Shown: positions 47,291 to 59,044 of the stretch, one piece after another
Layout: every line of letters begins with the position of its first letter
Position numbering within the stretch: the stretch's first letter is position 1
From: Clostridiales bacterium UBA5888
GTDB taxonomy: Bacteria > Bacillota > Clostridia > Oscillospirales > Oscillospiraceae
Reading direction: 5' to 3'
Assembly: GCA_002431965.1 (NCBI GenBank)
Contig: DJEW01000001.1
Coordinates: forward strand, 1,504-65,503
Length of the DNA: 64,000 nucleotides
Program-made: the position numbers and the translations under genes
Notes under the pieces: generated by a model
Seen by the model: the letters and a program-made list of their open reading frames with translations, nothing else
Told to the model about the DNA's origin: nothing
The model's database searches: none

Positions 47291-48829
47291 TCATCTCGAC
47301 TCATGATATTCTTTTTCGGTGTTCACATTCCACACGGCGCTTTTGTCCGCGCAGCCAGTCTTGATGCACTTCACGGCTTCAAACGCTGTCATCATTGAAT
47401 GGTCGAGGTTATTGTACCTGTGCTGTCCGTTGCGCCCAACGCAGAAAAGATTGTCTATCGTGTTCAGGTAGGCTATAAGCGTGTCGATCTCGGCATAGGT
47501 ATCGAAATATGCCGGATACGCCTTTTTCACCTTTTCCATGTGGGTGTCCAGTACCTGCGAGCGTTCGGATATCAGCCCGATGCGAATCATCTCATCCACA
47601 CCGAGCTTGGCAAACTCATCTTCGCTCTGATTCCAGAAGGCGTCACCCTCGTTGCAGAAGTATTCCAGCCCTACCCATACGGTATTCTCCAGATCTTTCA
47701 CGAGATACGGACTCCAGTTATTATATATCTGGAATCTGCCCATTTTCACGTTTCTGTCCTGAACATACACCCAGCAGTCTGGCACAATGCCGCCAATCGT
47801 GGCAATGTTCGTCTTGTTTTCGAGTGCAAGCCCTTTGACAAGCACACCCAGCGTCATGTAGTCGCGGTATGGCAGCCCAGCCGCGATACGCGCCGCATCT
47901 GCCGGGACATCGTTCATGCCTGCAATCAGATCCTTGAGCGGCATGGATGAAATGAAATAGTCTCCCTCAAAGGTATCACCATCAGCTGTGCTGACAGACA
48001 TTATCCTCGTGCCGTCCTTTTTCAGCGACACTACCTTGGCATTTTTCACTATCCTGCCGCCTAGCTTCTCTATCTCAGCCGCAGTCACATCCCACAGCTC
48101 TCCCGGACCCAGCTTCGGATACTTGAATTCTTCAATGAGCGAAGTGTTTACATCGCGGTTTTTTACGGCAAAAACCTTGCCGAAAACGTTCTTTATTATT
48201 CCACCGATCGACAGCCCCTTTGTGCGCTGTGCGCCCCACGAGGCATCGATCTCGCTTGGATGCCGTCCCCACAGGTTCTCCGTGTAATACTCGAAGAACA
48301 TAGAATATAGCTGACGACCGAAGGAGTTAATATAGAAATTCTCCAAATTATCCTCCGGCAGCTTATGCAGCATTGCACCAAGGTATGACACACCGCATTT
48401 CACCGTATTTGCAAAGCCCATGTTTTTGAACGTCTCCGGCTTGAGTGATATGGGATAATCATAGAATTTGCCGTCAAAGAATATGCGCGAGACTCTGTTT
48501 CGGTGCAGCATTACGCGATCCTCTTTCTCAGGATCGGGTCCGTCCGGGGAGAGGGCGACACTACGTGCAAGGGCTATGTCATCACAGGACGGAGAACCTT
48601 GGAGCGGCAGCATTTTTTCCCACCATTCGTTGACCTCAGGTGCCTTGGAAAAGAATCTGTGCCCTCCCATATCCATGCGGTTGCCCTTATAGTTTACCGT
48701 TTTTGAAATGCCGCCAAACACATCGCTTTCTTCCAGCAATGTGACATCAACATCTTCAACGCCCGTCAACAGCTCATACGCCGACGTAAGTCCGGCAGGT
48801 CCACCGCCTATCACGATTGCTTTTTTCAT
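47291..48829 (-). CDS. NAD(P)/FAD-dependent oxidoreductase (amine-oxidase / UDP-galactopyranose-mutase-like fold)
   Basis: [21 protein letters not shown] dinucleotide-binding start. 512 aa. ATGA-coupled to the upstream membrane protein gene. Confidence 0.75.
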   Translation of the reverse strand: MKKAIVIGGGPAGLTSAYELLTGVEDVDVTLLEESDVFGGISKTVNYKGNRMDMGGHRFFSKAPEVNEWWEKMLPLQGSPSCDDIALARSVALSPDGPDPEKEDRVMLHRNRVSRIFFDGKFYDYPISLKPETFKNMGFANTVKCGVSYLGAMLHKLPEDNLENFYINSFGRQLYSMFFEYYTENLWGRHPSEIDASWGAQRTKGLSIGGIIKNVFGKVFAVKNRDVNTSLIEEFKYPKLGPGELWDVTAAEIEKLGGRIVKNAKVVSLKKDGTRIMSVSTADGDTFEGDYFISSMPLKDLIAGMNDVPADAARIAAGLPYRDYMTLGVLVKGLALENKTNIATIGGIVPDCWVYVQDRNVKMGRFQIYNNWSPYLVKDLENTVWVGLEYFCNEGDAFWNQSEDEFAKLGVDEMIRIGLISERSQVLDTHMEKVKKAYPAYFDTYAEIDTLIAYLNTIDNLFCVGRNGQHRYNNLDHSMMTAFEAVKCIKTGCADKSAVWNVNTEKEYHESR

Positions 48830-50397
48830 AGTGCCATATCCTTTTCATTTTTTCGCAGTATCAAGAATGCAAACGGTATAAACACGGGAAACGTATAGAA
48901 GAAAAACCTCCAGTCTGAGCCCGTGAGCAGCAGCGCCGTGCCAAAGTTGTAGCATAGTATCGGAAGAGCATGTACACCTCTCAGCAGCTCAGACCATCGA
49001 GCTATATCTGACAGTGAAAACGCTATGATCAGCAGATCCAATAAACCCACACAATAGAATAGATATTGCGCGACGTCACCGTGCACCAACTGTGCCCATA
49101 TATTCACGACATCAAGGCAATAACCTCTGGTTGCCGCATCTACCGTTATGTCAGTCTCCTCTTCACAACTGCCTGCGTAAATAGCTCCAGTTACATCGAT
49201 TTTCCATATCATGTCCGTTAGCGAAAGGAATCCGCGCAGGGCGTGAGCTTTGTCTGCCTTGATAGCTTCAATGGTATATCTGAGTATTGTTCCGTATCCG
49301 GCTTCATCAATCACGTTTGTGTCTGTTTCCTCATGAAATTTTATGCTGTTAAAGCTGCCGCTTCTGTAACTTTCTTCCCAGACCTTTTGAGGCGCGACCT
49401 CGTACAAAAAATCTTTTATATACTCCGGCAGCGCGTCCGGATTCTCCAGCAGTACATCGCCCATAACCGTCATGCATGCGCCGGTCGTCTCAACGATCCG
49501 CCTATCCGGCTTCTCCACATTGTACAGGCTGTAGACTGGTCCTTTTATGAGCAAAAGGACCATGATATACCCGCCTATCAAGCCCCCTGCGATCAGCTTG
49601 CTCCTCTTTATGCAGAGAAGCACCGTCACAGTAAAGAGCGGGAGCACAAAGAGTACCGCATTGTGGCGCACAAGCGTTGTGAGAACCGAGATAACAATAA
49701 AGGAGATGAAGTTTGCTGGCTTTTTAAGCCACATGCCATTTGTGCAGACTATGTTCACATACTGCGCTGCGAGAACCACAGCAAAGATCGTAAGTCCGCA
49801 GTCTTTCCATGGGTACATCATTATGTTCCCGGTTGCAGGAGACAGCAGAACAAGCATCAGCTCTGCAAAACAAGCCAAACGTGAACAACCGTTTGCACGG
49901 AGAGAGTAATTCAAATACCCCAGCGCAACGGAAAACCATAGAAGCTGCATTAAGACTATAAACTCAATACGTCCGCCAAACAGCTTCAGTGGAAGGGTAA
50001 AGAACAGGAGTGTATGAATAAAGGGATGCCAATCATCATAAATACCGGTTTGCGCCTGCTCTAATTGATCGTAGGAATCCGGAGAATACGCTCCGGGATA
50101 AAATGCGAAATAATACGTCAGCAAAACGCAAAGAGATATTGCCAACGTTGCGCAAAACCATATAACGCATTCTTTCCCGGATGCGCCGGCACTGCTGATG
50201 CCGCGTGACGCTGCGCCTTTGGAGCGCAGGAAAACGCAGGTAAGAAAAACCGCAATCAGCAGCCAAATTATGAGAAACACATTTTTGTAATAAATATATG
50301 TGTACTCTGCGATTTGCCGGGCGATTTGTATAGCAAACAAATACATACACAACATAACTGCGCACAACACATTGGGTATGCTGATCCGTTTCTTCAT
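48826..50397 (-). CDS. large polytopic membrane protein (possible GT-C-like glycosyltransferase)
   Basis: About 520 aa with more than 10 hydrophobic segments plus a soluble loop. ATG at 50397 after GGAGAG. It sits between gtrA and the flavoprotein gene. Confidence 0.55.
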   Translation of the reverse strand: MKKRISIPNVLCAVMLCMYLFAIQIARQIAEYTYIYYKNVFLIIWLLIAVFLTCVFLRSKGAASRGISSAGASGKECVIWFCATLAISLCVLLTYYFAFYPGAYSPDSYDQLEQAQTGIYDDWHPFIHTLLFFTLPLKLFGGRIEFIVLMQLLWFSVALGYLNYSLRANGCSRLACFAELMLVLLSPATGNIMMYPWKDCGLTIFAVVLAAQYVNIVCTNGMWLKKPANFISFIVISVLTTLVRHNAVLFVLPLFTVTVLLCIKRSKLIAGGLIGGYIMVLLLIKGPVYSLYNVEKPDRRIVETTGACMTVMGDVLLENPDALPEYIKDFLYEVAPQKVWEESYRSGSFNSIKFHEETDTNVIDEAGYGTILRYTIEAIKADKAHALRGFLSLTDMIWKIDVTGAIYAGSCEEETDITVDAATRGYCLDVVNIWAQLVHGDVAQYLFYCVGLLDLLIIAFSLSDIARWSELLRGVHALPILCYNFGTALLLTGSDWRFFFYTFPVFIPFAFLILRKNEKDMAL

Positions 50398-50441
50398 ATA
50401 TTCTCTCTCCAAATAAAGTAGTGCAGTCGCGCTATGTCGTG

Positions 50442-50876
50442 CTATTCAGATCGTTTATCCCTGAACACAAGCATTTTGCTGAATATGTAATTTGCCATCG
50501 TTACAACAACCGCTGCAATGAATATTTTTGACACCCAATACCCCAGACCAATAACATTCACACAAATCGTCATTATGACCACTTCCAATATCCACGTTGA
50601 CACTCGTGAGCCGACAAACCCCATAAATTCCGAAAACATATGCGGGTTTACACTCTGAAACACCCATTTTCTGTTTAGTGGGTATGCGAAACACACGCCG
50701 GCGATCCACCCAATTGTGTTTATAATGCTGTTCTGCCATGACACTTGAGGGTCAAGAAAAAAATGCTCACATACCCAACATACTCCCCACACAAATACAG
50801 TAGTCATGACGCCTACCACAAGATACGCTATCATCTCTCGATATTTTCTTAAAAGGCAGACTATTTTGTCTATCAT
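50442..50876 (-). CDS. GtrA-family membrane protein
   Basis: 144 aa with four TM segments and a GtrA-like pattern (YLVVGVMTTVFVWGV..., NYIFSKMLVFR). Confidence 0.75.
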   Translation of the reverse strand: MIDKIVCLLRKYREMIAYLVVGVMTTVFVWGVCWVCEHFFLDPQVSWQNSIINTIGWIAGVCFAYPLNRKWVFQSVNPHMFSEFMGFVGSRVSTWILEVVIMTICVNVIGLGYWVSKIFIAAVVVTMANYIFSKMLVFRDKRSE

Positions 50877-51088
50877 TCCACTTCTCTTTTCATCTTGAAA
50901 TCAACAGTCTATCATGTCCACAGATTTATCTGTGGACATGGAGAGGCGCCTCTCCATGTATTTTTCCATATTATTTCGTTCTTGGCGTATTATAGCATTT
51001 CCTGGTCTGCTATGCAACCGGTTTCGCGAAATATTGCCAGCTTTCGTGCAGGTTTACATACGCCGAATCATAGACTTGTCATTGCATG

Positions 51089-51994
51089 TCAGCACTTATG
51101 ATTTTCAAAATACGCTCTCGCCGCGTCTTCATCGCGCCGGATCTGTTCGGAAAGCTCCTTGAGGGAGGCAAACTTCCGCTCGTCGCGCAGAAAGCTGTAA
51201 AACTCCACCCGCGCCTGCCGTCCATAGAGATTACCAGAATAATCCAGCAAATGGCTTTCCACGCTGACACGGCCGCTGTCGCTGACCGTGGGGCGAACGC
51301 CGATATTCGTGACGGCGATGTAGCTGCTGCCATCCTCCAGAAACACCTTCGCGGCGTAAACGCCGTGGCGCGGAACGAGCACCCCCTCGGGGAAGCACAT
51401 ATTGATCGTCGGTGCGCCGAGGTTCGTGCCGAGATGATAACCGGAACGGACAGTGTCCGAGAGCGTGTGCGGATGACCGAGAAAGCGGTTTGCCGTTTCA
51501 ATATCGCCTTTTGCTATAAGCTCACGTATATATGTGGAGCTGACAACGCGCCCGTCGATTTTGAGCGCGGGGATGACATCACAGCCGATGCCGTGCGCCG
51601 CGCAGTATTCCGAAAGCCGCGCCGCCGTGCCCTCACCCTTGTAGCCAAAGCAAAAATCGTGCCCGACGACTATCCACGCAATGCCAAGCTCCCTGATGAT
51701 TGAGGAGATAAACTCATCCCACGGCATGTGCATCATATGCCGGTTGAAGTGAAGAAAAACGACATTGTCGATACCGTAGCAGCGGCGGATAAGCTCCTCG
51801 CGCCCGATGGCGGAGTTGATGAGCGGAATCTCCCTGTGAAACACCAGCGTGTCCGGGTGCACATCAAAGCTGAGCACTGAGGGCGTCGCACCGATCTCTT
51901 CGGCGCGGCGCTTTGCCATTTTCAAAAGCTCACCGTGCCCTGCGTGGACTCCGTCAAAGAAGCCCAGCGCAATTGCTCTTTTTGTCTGTGCCAT
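51089..51994 (-). CDS. ribF: bifunctional riboflavin kinase / FMN adenylyltransferase
   Basis: ALGFFDGVHAGHGELL and a C-terminal riboflavin-kinase region. Confidence 0.9.
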   Translation of the reverse strand: MAQTKRAIALGFFDGVHAGHGELLKMAKRRAEEIGATPSVLSFDVHPDTLVFHREIPLINSAIGREELIRRCYGIDNVVFLHFNRHMMHMPWDEFISSIIRELGIAWIVVGHDFCFGYKGEGTAARLSEYCAAHGIGCDVIPALKIDGRVVSSTYIRELIAKGDIETANRFLGHPHTLSDTVRSGYHLGTNLGAPTINMCFPEGVLVPRHGVYAAKVFLEDGSSYIAVTNIGVRPTVSDSGRVSVESHLLDYSGNLYGRQARVEFYSFLRDERKFASLKELSEQIRRDEDAARAYFENHKC

Positions 51995-52011
51995 GCATAT
52001 ACCTCTTATTT

Positions 52012-52887
52012 CTATACCTCAAAAAAGCTTTTTACCGTTTTCATCACGCCATCCCGCGCGCGGCCAAGCATAAGAAACTCGCCCGTTTGGGCGGAGTACA
52101 CCCGGTACTCTCCGTCGGCAAGACCGGCAGCGTTAACCTCGTTTCCGCAGCGTATACGCCGCTCCGCAGCAGCTCCCGCCTGCCACGCGGGATATGACGC
52201 AAAAAGCGTATCCACCGGAATGAAGAGCTTTTCAACCTCGCCCGCATTTGCCGCAGCGATGACCTCGTCCAGCGTATGCGACGCGTCAACGGTGAAATTC
52301 CCCGCCGCGGTGCGCCGAAGCGCGCTCATACACCCGCCGCAGCCGAGCGCCGCGCCAATATCGTCGCACAAGGCGCGGATATACGTGCCCTTGGAGCAGC
52401 GCACATCCAGCACATAATCTCCCTCGTCCTCTCCGATGAGCGTGAGCGCGTCTATTCTGATCCTGCGCGGCTTGCGCTCTGCCGTGCCGCCCGCGCGGGC
52501 GATCTCATAGAGCTTTTTCCCGTTGAGCTTAATTGCGGAATACATCGGAGGGGTCTGCTCCTGCTCGCCGAGAAAGCGCGCAAGCACCGCGCGCACATCG
52601 TCCGCCGTCACGCTGACATCATTCCGTGCGAGCACGGCACCGGTGATGTCCTGCGTGTCCGTGACCATGCCAAGGCGCAGGTGCGCGGTATAACGCTTGT
52701 CATGCGCTTCGGCAAACTCCACAGCGCGCGTCGCCCTGCCGGCAAATACCGTCAGCAGCCCTGTCGCCATGGGGTCGAGCGTTCCGGCATGCCCGACGCG
52801 CCGCTGGTGCAGCACGCCCTTGAGCTTGACCACAACGTCGCTGCTCGTCCAGCCCGCGCTCTTGTCGATGAGCAGTATGCCGTTCAT
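52012..52887 (-). CDS. truB: tRNA pseudouridine(55) synthase
   Basis: GILLIDKSAGWTSSDVV and GHAGTLDPMATGLL. Confidence 0.92.
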   Translation of the reverse strand: MNGILLIDKSAGWTSSDVVVKLKGVLHQRRVGHAGTLDPMATGLLTVFAGRATRAVEFAEAHDKRYTAHLRLGMVTDTQDITGAVLARNDVSVTADDVRAVLARFLGEQEQTPPMYSAIKLNGKKLYEIARAGGTAERKPRRIRIDALTLIGEDEGDYVLDVRCSKGTYIRALCDDIGAALGCGGCMSALRRTAAGNFTVDASHTLDEVIAAANAGEVEKLFIPVDTLFASYPAWQAGAAAERRIRCGNEVNAAGLADGEYRVYSAQTGEFLMLGRARDGVMKTVKSFFEV

Positions 52888-53819
52888 TTCCAGACCTCGT
52901 TTATAACGTCAAGTATCATTTCGCGCACCCTGTCAGGTGTGCCGGACACGGTGCAGCCTGCGGCAAGGGCATGCCCGCCGCCGCCGAACACGGCGCATAT
53001 CTCGCTGCTGTTGACCTCCTCGGTAGAGCGCAGGGACAAACGGCACGTGCCGTCGGACTGCTCGCGTATGGTCACGCTGAGCGCACAGCCCTCGGCTCTG
53101 CCGGGGAGGCTTGCAATGTCGTCCATGTCCTCCTCCGATACGCCCGCCGTGCGCATCATGTCCTGTGTTATCTCCGCCACGACGATCTTCCCCTCGCGGT
53201 AATAGCTCATTGAAAGATAGATAAGCCCTTCCAGCTTTATACGCGCAGGTGACGCCATGCGGAAAAAACGCATGTTTATCTCGCCGTTGTCCGCGCCGAA
53301 GCGCATCAGCTCCGCCGCCGCGCGGAATGATGCGGCGTTGGTGTTGGCATATCTGAAGCAGCCGTTATCCGTGGCGAGCGCCATATATAAAAGCGTCGCC
53401 TCGCACCTGGTCACGCTGCCGCGCAGCGCCTTGATCACTTCCAGCACCACCTCTCCGCAGGAAGAGCGTTCGCCGCAGACAAGGGTGCTCGCGGCATAGT
53501 GCGTATTCGTCGGATGATGGTCGATACAAAGGTCAACGCCGCCGGTATATCCCGGGGTAAGAAGTCCCTCCGTGGCAATATCCACAGCGACAACAAACGC
53601 ATGTGCGTAGCCCTCCGGCGCATGAAACGGCGCGATATAGCCGCCCAGCTTGTCAGTCAGCGCCGGGTTCGGCATGACATACGCCGTCTTGCCCGCGCGT
53701 TGCAGTGCGCTGCACAGCGCCGCCGCGCTGCCGACAGTGTCTCCGTCCGGGTTTTTATGCGTGAGCAGAAGAAAGTTGTCGTTCTTTTTCAGAAGCTCCG
53801 CGCAGTCCTTGAAGTTCAT
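52884..53819 (-). CDS. nrnA: DHH-family phosphoesterase (NrnA-like oligoribonuclease / pAp phosphatase)
   Basis: HKNPDGDTVGSAAAL, CIDHHPTN and GGGHALAAG motifs. Confidence 0.85.
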   Translation of the reverse strand: MNFKDCAELLKKNDNFLLLTHKNPDGDTVGSAAALCSALQRAGKTAYVMPNPALTDKLGGYIAPFHAPEGYAHAFVVAVDIATEGLLTPGYTGGVDLCIDHHPTNTHYAASTLVCGERSSCGEVVLEVIKALRGSVTRCEATLLYMALATDNGCFRYANTNAASFRAAAELMRFGADNGEINMRFFRMASPARIKLEGLIYLSMSYYREGKIVVAEITQDMMRTAGVSEEDMDDIASLPGRAEGCALSVTIREQSDGTCRLSLRSTEEVNSSEICAVFGGGGHALAAGCTVSGTPDRVREMILDVINEVWK

Positions 53820-53836
53820 AGCAGCACCCCCGGCCT

Positions 53837-54202
53837 TTATTTTCCGCTTTCGCCGTCGTGACCGATGTCAAGCGAATTGATGACCTCGTTTATATGCGCG
53901 CCGTATTCAATGCTGTGGTCTATCTCGAACACAAGCTCCGGCGTGTAGCGGAGGTTCATGCTGATTCCCAGTTCGTGACGAAGCCATCCGGACGCAGATT
54001 TCAGCCCGCGCCTGAACTCCTTCTCGTCCTTCATGCCCATCACTGACAGCCAGATCTTTGAATAGCGCAGATCGCCCGTAGTCTCCACGCGCGTCACGCT
54101 TATCATCCCCTGCTGCACCCGCGGATCCTTCACCTCGCGCAGGAGTCTGGAGATGACAAACTGTATATCATCGTTTGTTCTTGCAAGCTTATTTGATGCC
54201 AT
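53837..54202 (-). CDS. rbfA: ribosome-binding factor A
   Basis: ISRLLREVKDPRV...ITRVETTGDLRYSKIW. Start set at the ATG at 54202. Confidence 0.88.
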   Translation of the reverse strand: MASNKLARTNDDIQFVISRLLREVKDPRVQQGMISVTRVETTGDLRYSKIWLSVMGMKDEKEFRRGLKSASGWLRHELGISMNLRYTPELVFEIDHSIEYGAHINEVINSLDIGHDGESGK

Positions 54203-54271
54203 AATGCTTTCTACCTCATATGTCTTCATATGCGCGCAGGTGCTTTGCTTGCAAAGCACCTGCATATAAAA

Positions 54272-56656
54272 TCACTGGTTTATCTGCTCCATGACGAAGC
54301 ACTCAATAACGTCGCCGACCTTGATGTCGTTGAATTTCTCGACCTGCATGCCGCATTCATATCCGGAGGCGACCTCCTTGACGTCGTCCTTGAAGCGGCG
54401 GAGGGAAGCAAGTTCGCCCTCATGGATGACGATGTTGTCGCGCAGCACGCGCACCTGGCAGCCGCGCTGGATCTTGCCGTCCGTGCAGTAGCAGCCGCAG
54501 ACCGTGCCGACCTTGGAGACCTTATAAGTCTCGCGTACCTCGGCATGACCGATGACGACCTCCCTGAATTTCGGCGCGAGCATGCCCTTCATTGCCGCCT
54601 CGATCTCATTGATGCAGTCGTAAATGACGCGGTACATCCGCATATCGACATGGCTTCTCGCGGCGCTGTCACGCGCGGCATTGTCCGGACGGACGTTGAA
54701 GCCGACGATGATAGCCCCGGATGTCGCCGCAAGCATGACGTCCGACTCGTTTATCGCGCCGACGGCGCTGTGGATGACCTTAACGCGAACCTCGTCATTG
54801 GATATTTTCTCCAGCGACGCCTTGACCGCCTCGGCGGAGCCCTGAACGTCCGCCTTGACGATGATGTTGAGCGTCTTCATCTCTCCCGCCTGGATCTGAC
54901 TGAAGAGATCCTCAAGGCTGACCTTCTTCGCGCCGCCCATGGCGTTGTTCATCTGCTGGACGCGGCGTTCCTCCGCAAGCTCTCTCGCCATGCGCTCGTC
55001 AGCGACGGCGTTGAACACATCGCCCGCACTCGGCACTTCGCTGAGACCGGAGATCTCCACAGGTGTGGAAGGTCCGGCTTCCGTGACACGCTGCCCCTTG
55101 TCGTTTATCATCGTGCGCACACGGCCAACGCAGGTTCCGGCAATTATAATATCGCCCATATGGAGCGTACCGTTCTGCACGAGAACGGTCATTATCGGGC
55201 CGCGTCCCTTGTCAAGCCGCGCCTCGATGACCGTGCCCTTTGCGGCGCGGTTGGGATTCGCCTTCAGCTCCTGCACCTCGGCAAGAACGACGAGGTTTTC
55301 AAGCAGATTGTCTATCCCCATGCCGGTCTTGGCGGAGATCGGGCAAATGATGGTGTCGCCGCCCCACTCCTCGCTGACAAGATCGTACTCCGTGAGCTGC
55401 TGCTTGATGCGCTCGGGATTCGCGCCGACGGCGTCCATCTTGTTTATCGCAACGACTACCGGGATACCCGCCGCCTTCGCGTGGTTGATGCTTTCAACCG
55501 TCTGCGGCATGATGCCGTCGTCCGCCGCAACGACAAGGATTGCAATATCCGTGACCATAGCGCCGCGGGCACGCATGGAGGTGAATGCCTCATGACCCGG
55601 CGTGTCAAGAAAAGTGATCGGGCTGCCGTTTATCTCGACGGTATATGCGCCGATATGCTGCGTGATGCCGCCCGCCTCGCCTGAAACGACGTTCGCATGG
55701 CGGATATAGTCCAGAAGCGAGGTCTTGCCGTGATCGACATGACCCATGACCACAACGACCGGGGCGCGGGGGACGAGATCCTCCGGCTTATCCTCATGAT
55801 CGTCAATAAGGCGCTCCTCAACGGTAACGATGACTTCCTTCTCGACCTTGCAGCCAAGCTCCATCGCCACAAGGGCGGCAGTGTCATAGTCTATTATCTC
55901 CGAAACGGAGGCAAATACGCCGAGCTTGAACAGCTGCTTTATGACCTCGGACGCGGTCTTCTTCATGCGCGAGGCAAGCTCGCCCACGCTGATCTCATCC
56001 GGGATCTGCACCTTGAGCTGCTGCTTCTTGGCAATTTCAAGCTGCAGCTTATTCATCTTGTCGCGCTCCTCCTGGCGGCGCTTCGCGGAAGCGAGCTGCT
56101 GCCCCGGGCGCTGCTTGGATTTGCTGGTTATCTTTTCCTTGTTGCCGCGGCGCAGGTTATCGTCCTTCGCCTTCATGCCCGCCATGTCTTCGAACTTCTC
56201 GTTATATTTCTCGATGTTCACGGCAGCGCCGCCGCGCGTGTCAACAACGCGCTTTTCCGCGACCTGACGCGGCGTGTGAGGCTTGTCGGGCTTTGCAGTC
56301 TTCGTCTGCTGGGGCTGGGCGGCAGTCTGCGCCTGCGCAGGGGCAGACTGTGCCTTTGCGCCCGAAGCCGGCGCGTTCTGCGGCTTTGCCCCCTTTGCGG
56401 CGTCTGCGCTCTTTGCCTCTGCGTTCTTTTCGTTTGCAGGGGCTTCCTTGGGTTTGACATTGAATATCTCCTCAAGGCTCGCCACCTGATTGTGCTGTGT
56501 CATATACTCGAAGATAACGTCGAGCTCAGGCGTCTCCAGCACCTGCATATGGTTTTTGGGTGTGGTGGCATAATCCGTGAGTATCTGGGTTATCACCTTT
56601 GACCCAACGTTAAAATCCTTTGCCACCTCATGCACTCTGTACTTTATCATGCTCAT
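54272..56656 (-). CDS. infB: translation initiation factor IF-2
   Basis: G-domain [22 protein letters not shown] and NKMD. 794 aa. Confidence 0.95.
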   Translation of the reverse strand: MSMIKYRVHEVAKDFNVGSKVITQILTDYATTPKNHMQVLETPELDVIFEYMTQHNQVASLEEIFNVKPKEAPANEKNAEAKSADAAKGAKPQNAPASGAKAQSAPAQAQTAAQPQQTKTAKPDKPHTPRQVAEKRVVDTRGGAAVNIEKYNEKFEDMAGMKAKDDNLRRGNKEKITSKSKQRPGQQLASAKRRQEERDKMNKLQLEIAKKQQLKVQIPDEISVGELASRMKKTASEVIKQLFKLGVFASVSEIIDYDTAALVAMELGCKVEKEVIVTVEERLIDDHEDKPEDLVPRAPVVVVMGHVDHGKTSLLDYIRHANVVSGEAGGITQHIGAYTVEINGSPITFLDTPGHEAFTSMRARGAMVTDIAILVVAADDGIMPQTVESINHAKAAGIPVVVAINKMDAVGANPERIKQQLTEYDLVSEEWGGDTIICPISAKTGMGIDNLLENLVVLAEVQELKANPNRAAKGTVIEARLDKGRGPIMTVLVQNGTLHMGDIIIAGTCVGRVRTMINDKGQRVTEAGPSTPVEISGLSEVPSAGDVFNAVADERMARELAEERRVQQMNNAMGGAKKVSLEDLFSQIQAGEMKTLNIIVKADVQGSAEAVKASLEKISNDEVRVKVIHSAVGAINESDVMLAATSGAIIVGFNVRPDNAARDSAARSHVDMRMYRVIYDCINEIEAAMKGMLAPKFREVVIGHAEVRETYKVSKVGTVCGCYCTDGKIQRGCQVRVLRDNIVIHEGELASLRRFKDDVKEVASGYECGMQVEKFNDIKVGDVIECFVMEQINQ

Positions 56657-57087
56657 ACGCCAGTCCTCCTTTTTCCGTTCCTCTTGTTCCTCTCGTGAGC
56701 CGCGGCTTCCTTTTTGCGGCGCTCCGCCTTTGCAAAGCGCGCCTCCAGCTCTCCGGCAGCCTCGTCATACCTGCTGCCGTACTCCTGCCGCAATGCTTTC
56801 AGAAAGGCGTTGGCAAAGCCTATGTCCGTCACCGCTGCCATTGAGCAGCCGTTCACCCCCACATGGACGGATATTTCCTCCTTTGTGAATGGCAGGCACA
56901 CCGTGACCGTGCTGCGCCCGCGTGCGAACCCTGCCGCCCGGCTTCGGGCGTTGTCGGATGCGTCCGCCGCCAGCAGCAAAGCCTTCGCCTTGCCCGCGCG
57001 GCACGCGCCGCCTGTGTTGACCTCGCCTATTGCGATCGCACCGGCCTTTCTCATAAGACCGAGCATATTCAAAAGTCTCTCGCTCAT
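56653..57087 (-). CDS. L7Ae/YlxQ-family RNA-binding protein with a basic C-terminal extension
   Basis: [14 protein letters not shown] core, followed by a roughly 45-aa Lys/Arg/Glu-rich tail. Overlaps the infB start by 4 nt. Confidence 0.75.
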   Translation of the reverse strand: MSERLLNMLGLMRKAGAIAIGEVNTGGACRAGKAKALLLAADASDNARSRAAGFARGRSTVTVCLPFTKEEISVHVGVNGCSMAAVTDIGFANAFLKALRQEYGSRYDEAAGELEARFAKAERRKKEAAAHERNKRNGKRRTGV

Positions 57088-57350
57088 ACGCCGGTCTCCA
57101 TTTCCGCCTGAAGCTTTTCATATACCTCATCCGGTATCTGCGCGGAGAATGCGCGCTCCAATGCGCGCGCCTTCATCGCTTTTTTCAGGCACTCCGCCTT
57201 AGGGCATATATACGCCCCGCGCCCCGGGGCTTTGCCCCTGAAGTCCAGACTGACCCCGCCCTCCGGCGAGCGCACCACTCGTATCAGCTCGCGCTTTGGC
57301 TTCATCTCGCGGCAGCCAAGGCACTGCCGCATCGGTATTTTCTTCTGCAC
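57084..57350 (-). CDS. ylxR: YlxR-family (DUF448) RNA-binding protein
   Basis: MRQCLGCREMKPKRELIRVV and GRGAYICP. Confidence 0.85.
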   Translation of the reverse strand: MQKKIPMRQCLGCREMKPKRELIRVVRSPEGGVSLDFRGKAPGRGAYICPKAECLKKAMKARALERAFSAQIPDEVYEKLQAEMETGV

Positions 57351-57383
57351 TGCCGCTGCCTCCTTTCAAGGGCTGTGTTTATC

Positions 57384-58436
57384 TCATGCCTCGGATTCGG
57401 GCTTGATGTCTATCTTATAGCCGGTGAGCTTTGCGGCAAGGCGGGCGTTCTGCCCCTCTTTGCCTATTGCAAGGGAGAGCTGAGCATCCGGCACTATTAC
57501 CCGGCAGCTTTTGCCGTCTTCAAGCATAGTTACGCTCACGACCTCTGACGGGCTGAGCGCGGCGGCAATATACTCCTCCGGGTTTTCGCTGTATTTTACA
57601 ATGTCGATTTTCTCACCGTTGAGCTCATTGACGATGCCGGCGACGCGCCCGCCCTTGGGGCCGACGCAGGCGCCTATCGGGTCAACGTCCGGGTCTGCCG
57701 ACCACACCGCCATCTTGGTGCGGCTGCCGGCCTCGCGCGCGATCGACTTGATTTCGACAGTGCCGTCGTATATTTCCGGCACTTCAAGCTCAAAAAGGCG
57801 CTTGACAAGACCGGGGTGGGTGCGGCTGATGAGCACCTGCGGTCCGCGCGTGGAGTTCCTGACCTCGACGACATACACCTTTATGCGGTCGCCCTCCTTG
57901 AGCTCCTCGTTCTTTATGCGCTCGTTTGCCGAGAGCATGGCCTCGGTATACTCGCTGTTGGAGGCAATGCGGATTGACACCGCGCCGTTTCTCGGCTCAA
58001 TGTGTGAGACGATACCGGTGAGTATCTCATGCTCCTTGGAGGTAAACTCCTCATAGATTATGCCGCGTTCAGCCTCGCGGATGCCCTGAATGATGACCTG
58101 CTTTGCCGACTGTGCGGCGATGCGTCCGAATTTCTTCGTTTCCACCGGAATGGGCAGCAGATCGCCGAGCTTGGCGCGGCGGCTTATCTTCTTCGCGACC
58201 TCAAGATTGATCTCGTGCGAGGGATCTTCGACCTCGTCAACAACGGTTTTGTTGACGTACATCTCCACGCGCTTGTTCTCCTCGTCAAGAATGACGTCAA
58301 CGTTATCCTCGCACTCGGGATTATCGCGGCGGAATGCCGCGAGCATCGCCTGCTTGATCTTGTCGTACATATAGTTTCTGGGGATGCCTTTTTCTTTCTC
58401 TATATCCTCTATGGCCTCGAAAAATTCTGCGTTCAT
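57384..58436 (-). CDS. nusA: transcription termination/antitermination factor NusA
   Basis: N-terminal domain, an S1 region and two KH regions (GACVGPKGGRV, LAIGKEGQNARLAAKLTG). Confidence 0.95.
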   Translation of the reverse strand: MNAEFFEAIEDIEKEKGIPRNYMYDKIKQAMLAAFRRDNPECEDNVDVILDEENKRVEMYVNKTVVDEVEDPSHEINLEVAKKISRRAKLGDLLPIPVETKKFGRIAAQSAKQVIIQGIREAERGIIYEEFTSKEHEILTGIVSHIEPRNGAVSIRIASNSEYTEAMLSANERIKNEELKEGDRIKVYVVEVRNSTRGPQVLISRTHPGLVKRLFELEVPEIYDGTVEIKSIAREAGSRTKMAVWSADPDVDPIGACVGPKGGRVAGIVNELNGEKIDIVKYSENPEEYIAAALSPSEVVSVTMLEDGKSCRVIVPDAQLSLAIGKEGQNARLAAKLTGYKIDIKPESEA

Positions 58437-58474
58437 TTCTGATTCTCCATTTCATTATTTATAAAGCAAAATAA

Positions 58475-58933
58475 TTATATCGACACGTGCAGCCTGACCT
58501 GCGCCGTCTGTGATTTTGCAAAGCTCAGCTCTTTCCCGCCGCGCTCTATCGTCACCGCGCCGTCTCCGGAATAGCCTTTGAGCGTGCCGACAAAGCTCTT
58601 GCTGCCGTCAAGCGGCTGATAGAGCTTCACCTCCACCTCGCTGCCCATAAACTGTTCAAAGTCGCCCGGACGCCTGAGTTCCCGCTCCGCCCCGGCAGAG
58701 CCGACCTCGAAAACGTAGCTGTCGGGAATGGGATCAGCTTCATCCAGCACCGGGTCAAGCTCGCGGCTTATTCGCTCGCAGTCGTCTATCGACACGCCGC
58801 CGGGCTTGTCGATATAGACGCGCAGATACCATGTCCCCGCCTCGCGGACATACTCAACGTCCCACAGCGTGCACCCAGCCTGTTCCACAAGCGGCTGTGC
58901 CAGCAATGCGACCTTATCGGTTATTTTACTCAT
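58475..58933 (-). CDS. rimP: ribosome maturation factor RimP
   Basis: Position ahead of nusA. LRVYIDKPGGVSIDDCERISRELDPVLD. Confidence 0.9.
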   Translation of the reverse strand: MSKITDKVALLAQPLVEQAGCTLWDVEYVREAGTWYLRVYIDKPGGVSIDDCERISRELDPVLDEADPIPDSYVFEVGSAGAERELRRPGDFEQFMGSEVEVKLYQPLDGSKSFVGTLKGYSGDGAVTIERGGKELSFAKSQTAQVRLHVSI

Positions 58934-58989
58934 TTTTTACGCCCTTTCAACGCCTATGCCCCGTGCCGGTATCAGGGGCAAAAGTCTCA

Positions 58990-59017
58990 CAAAAAAGAGT
59001 GGGCCGTGACCCACTCT
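58990..59017 (-). terminator. leader hairpin plus U-run between the promoter and rimP (attenuator candidate)
   Basis: The minus strand reads AGAGTGGG tcacgg CCCACTCT TTTTTTG, about 55 nt upstream of the rimP ATG. Confidence 0.5.
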
Positions 59018-59044
59018 GAGAAAACACTGATACTTACATATACT

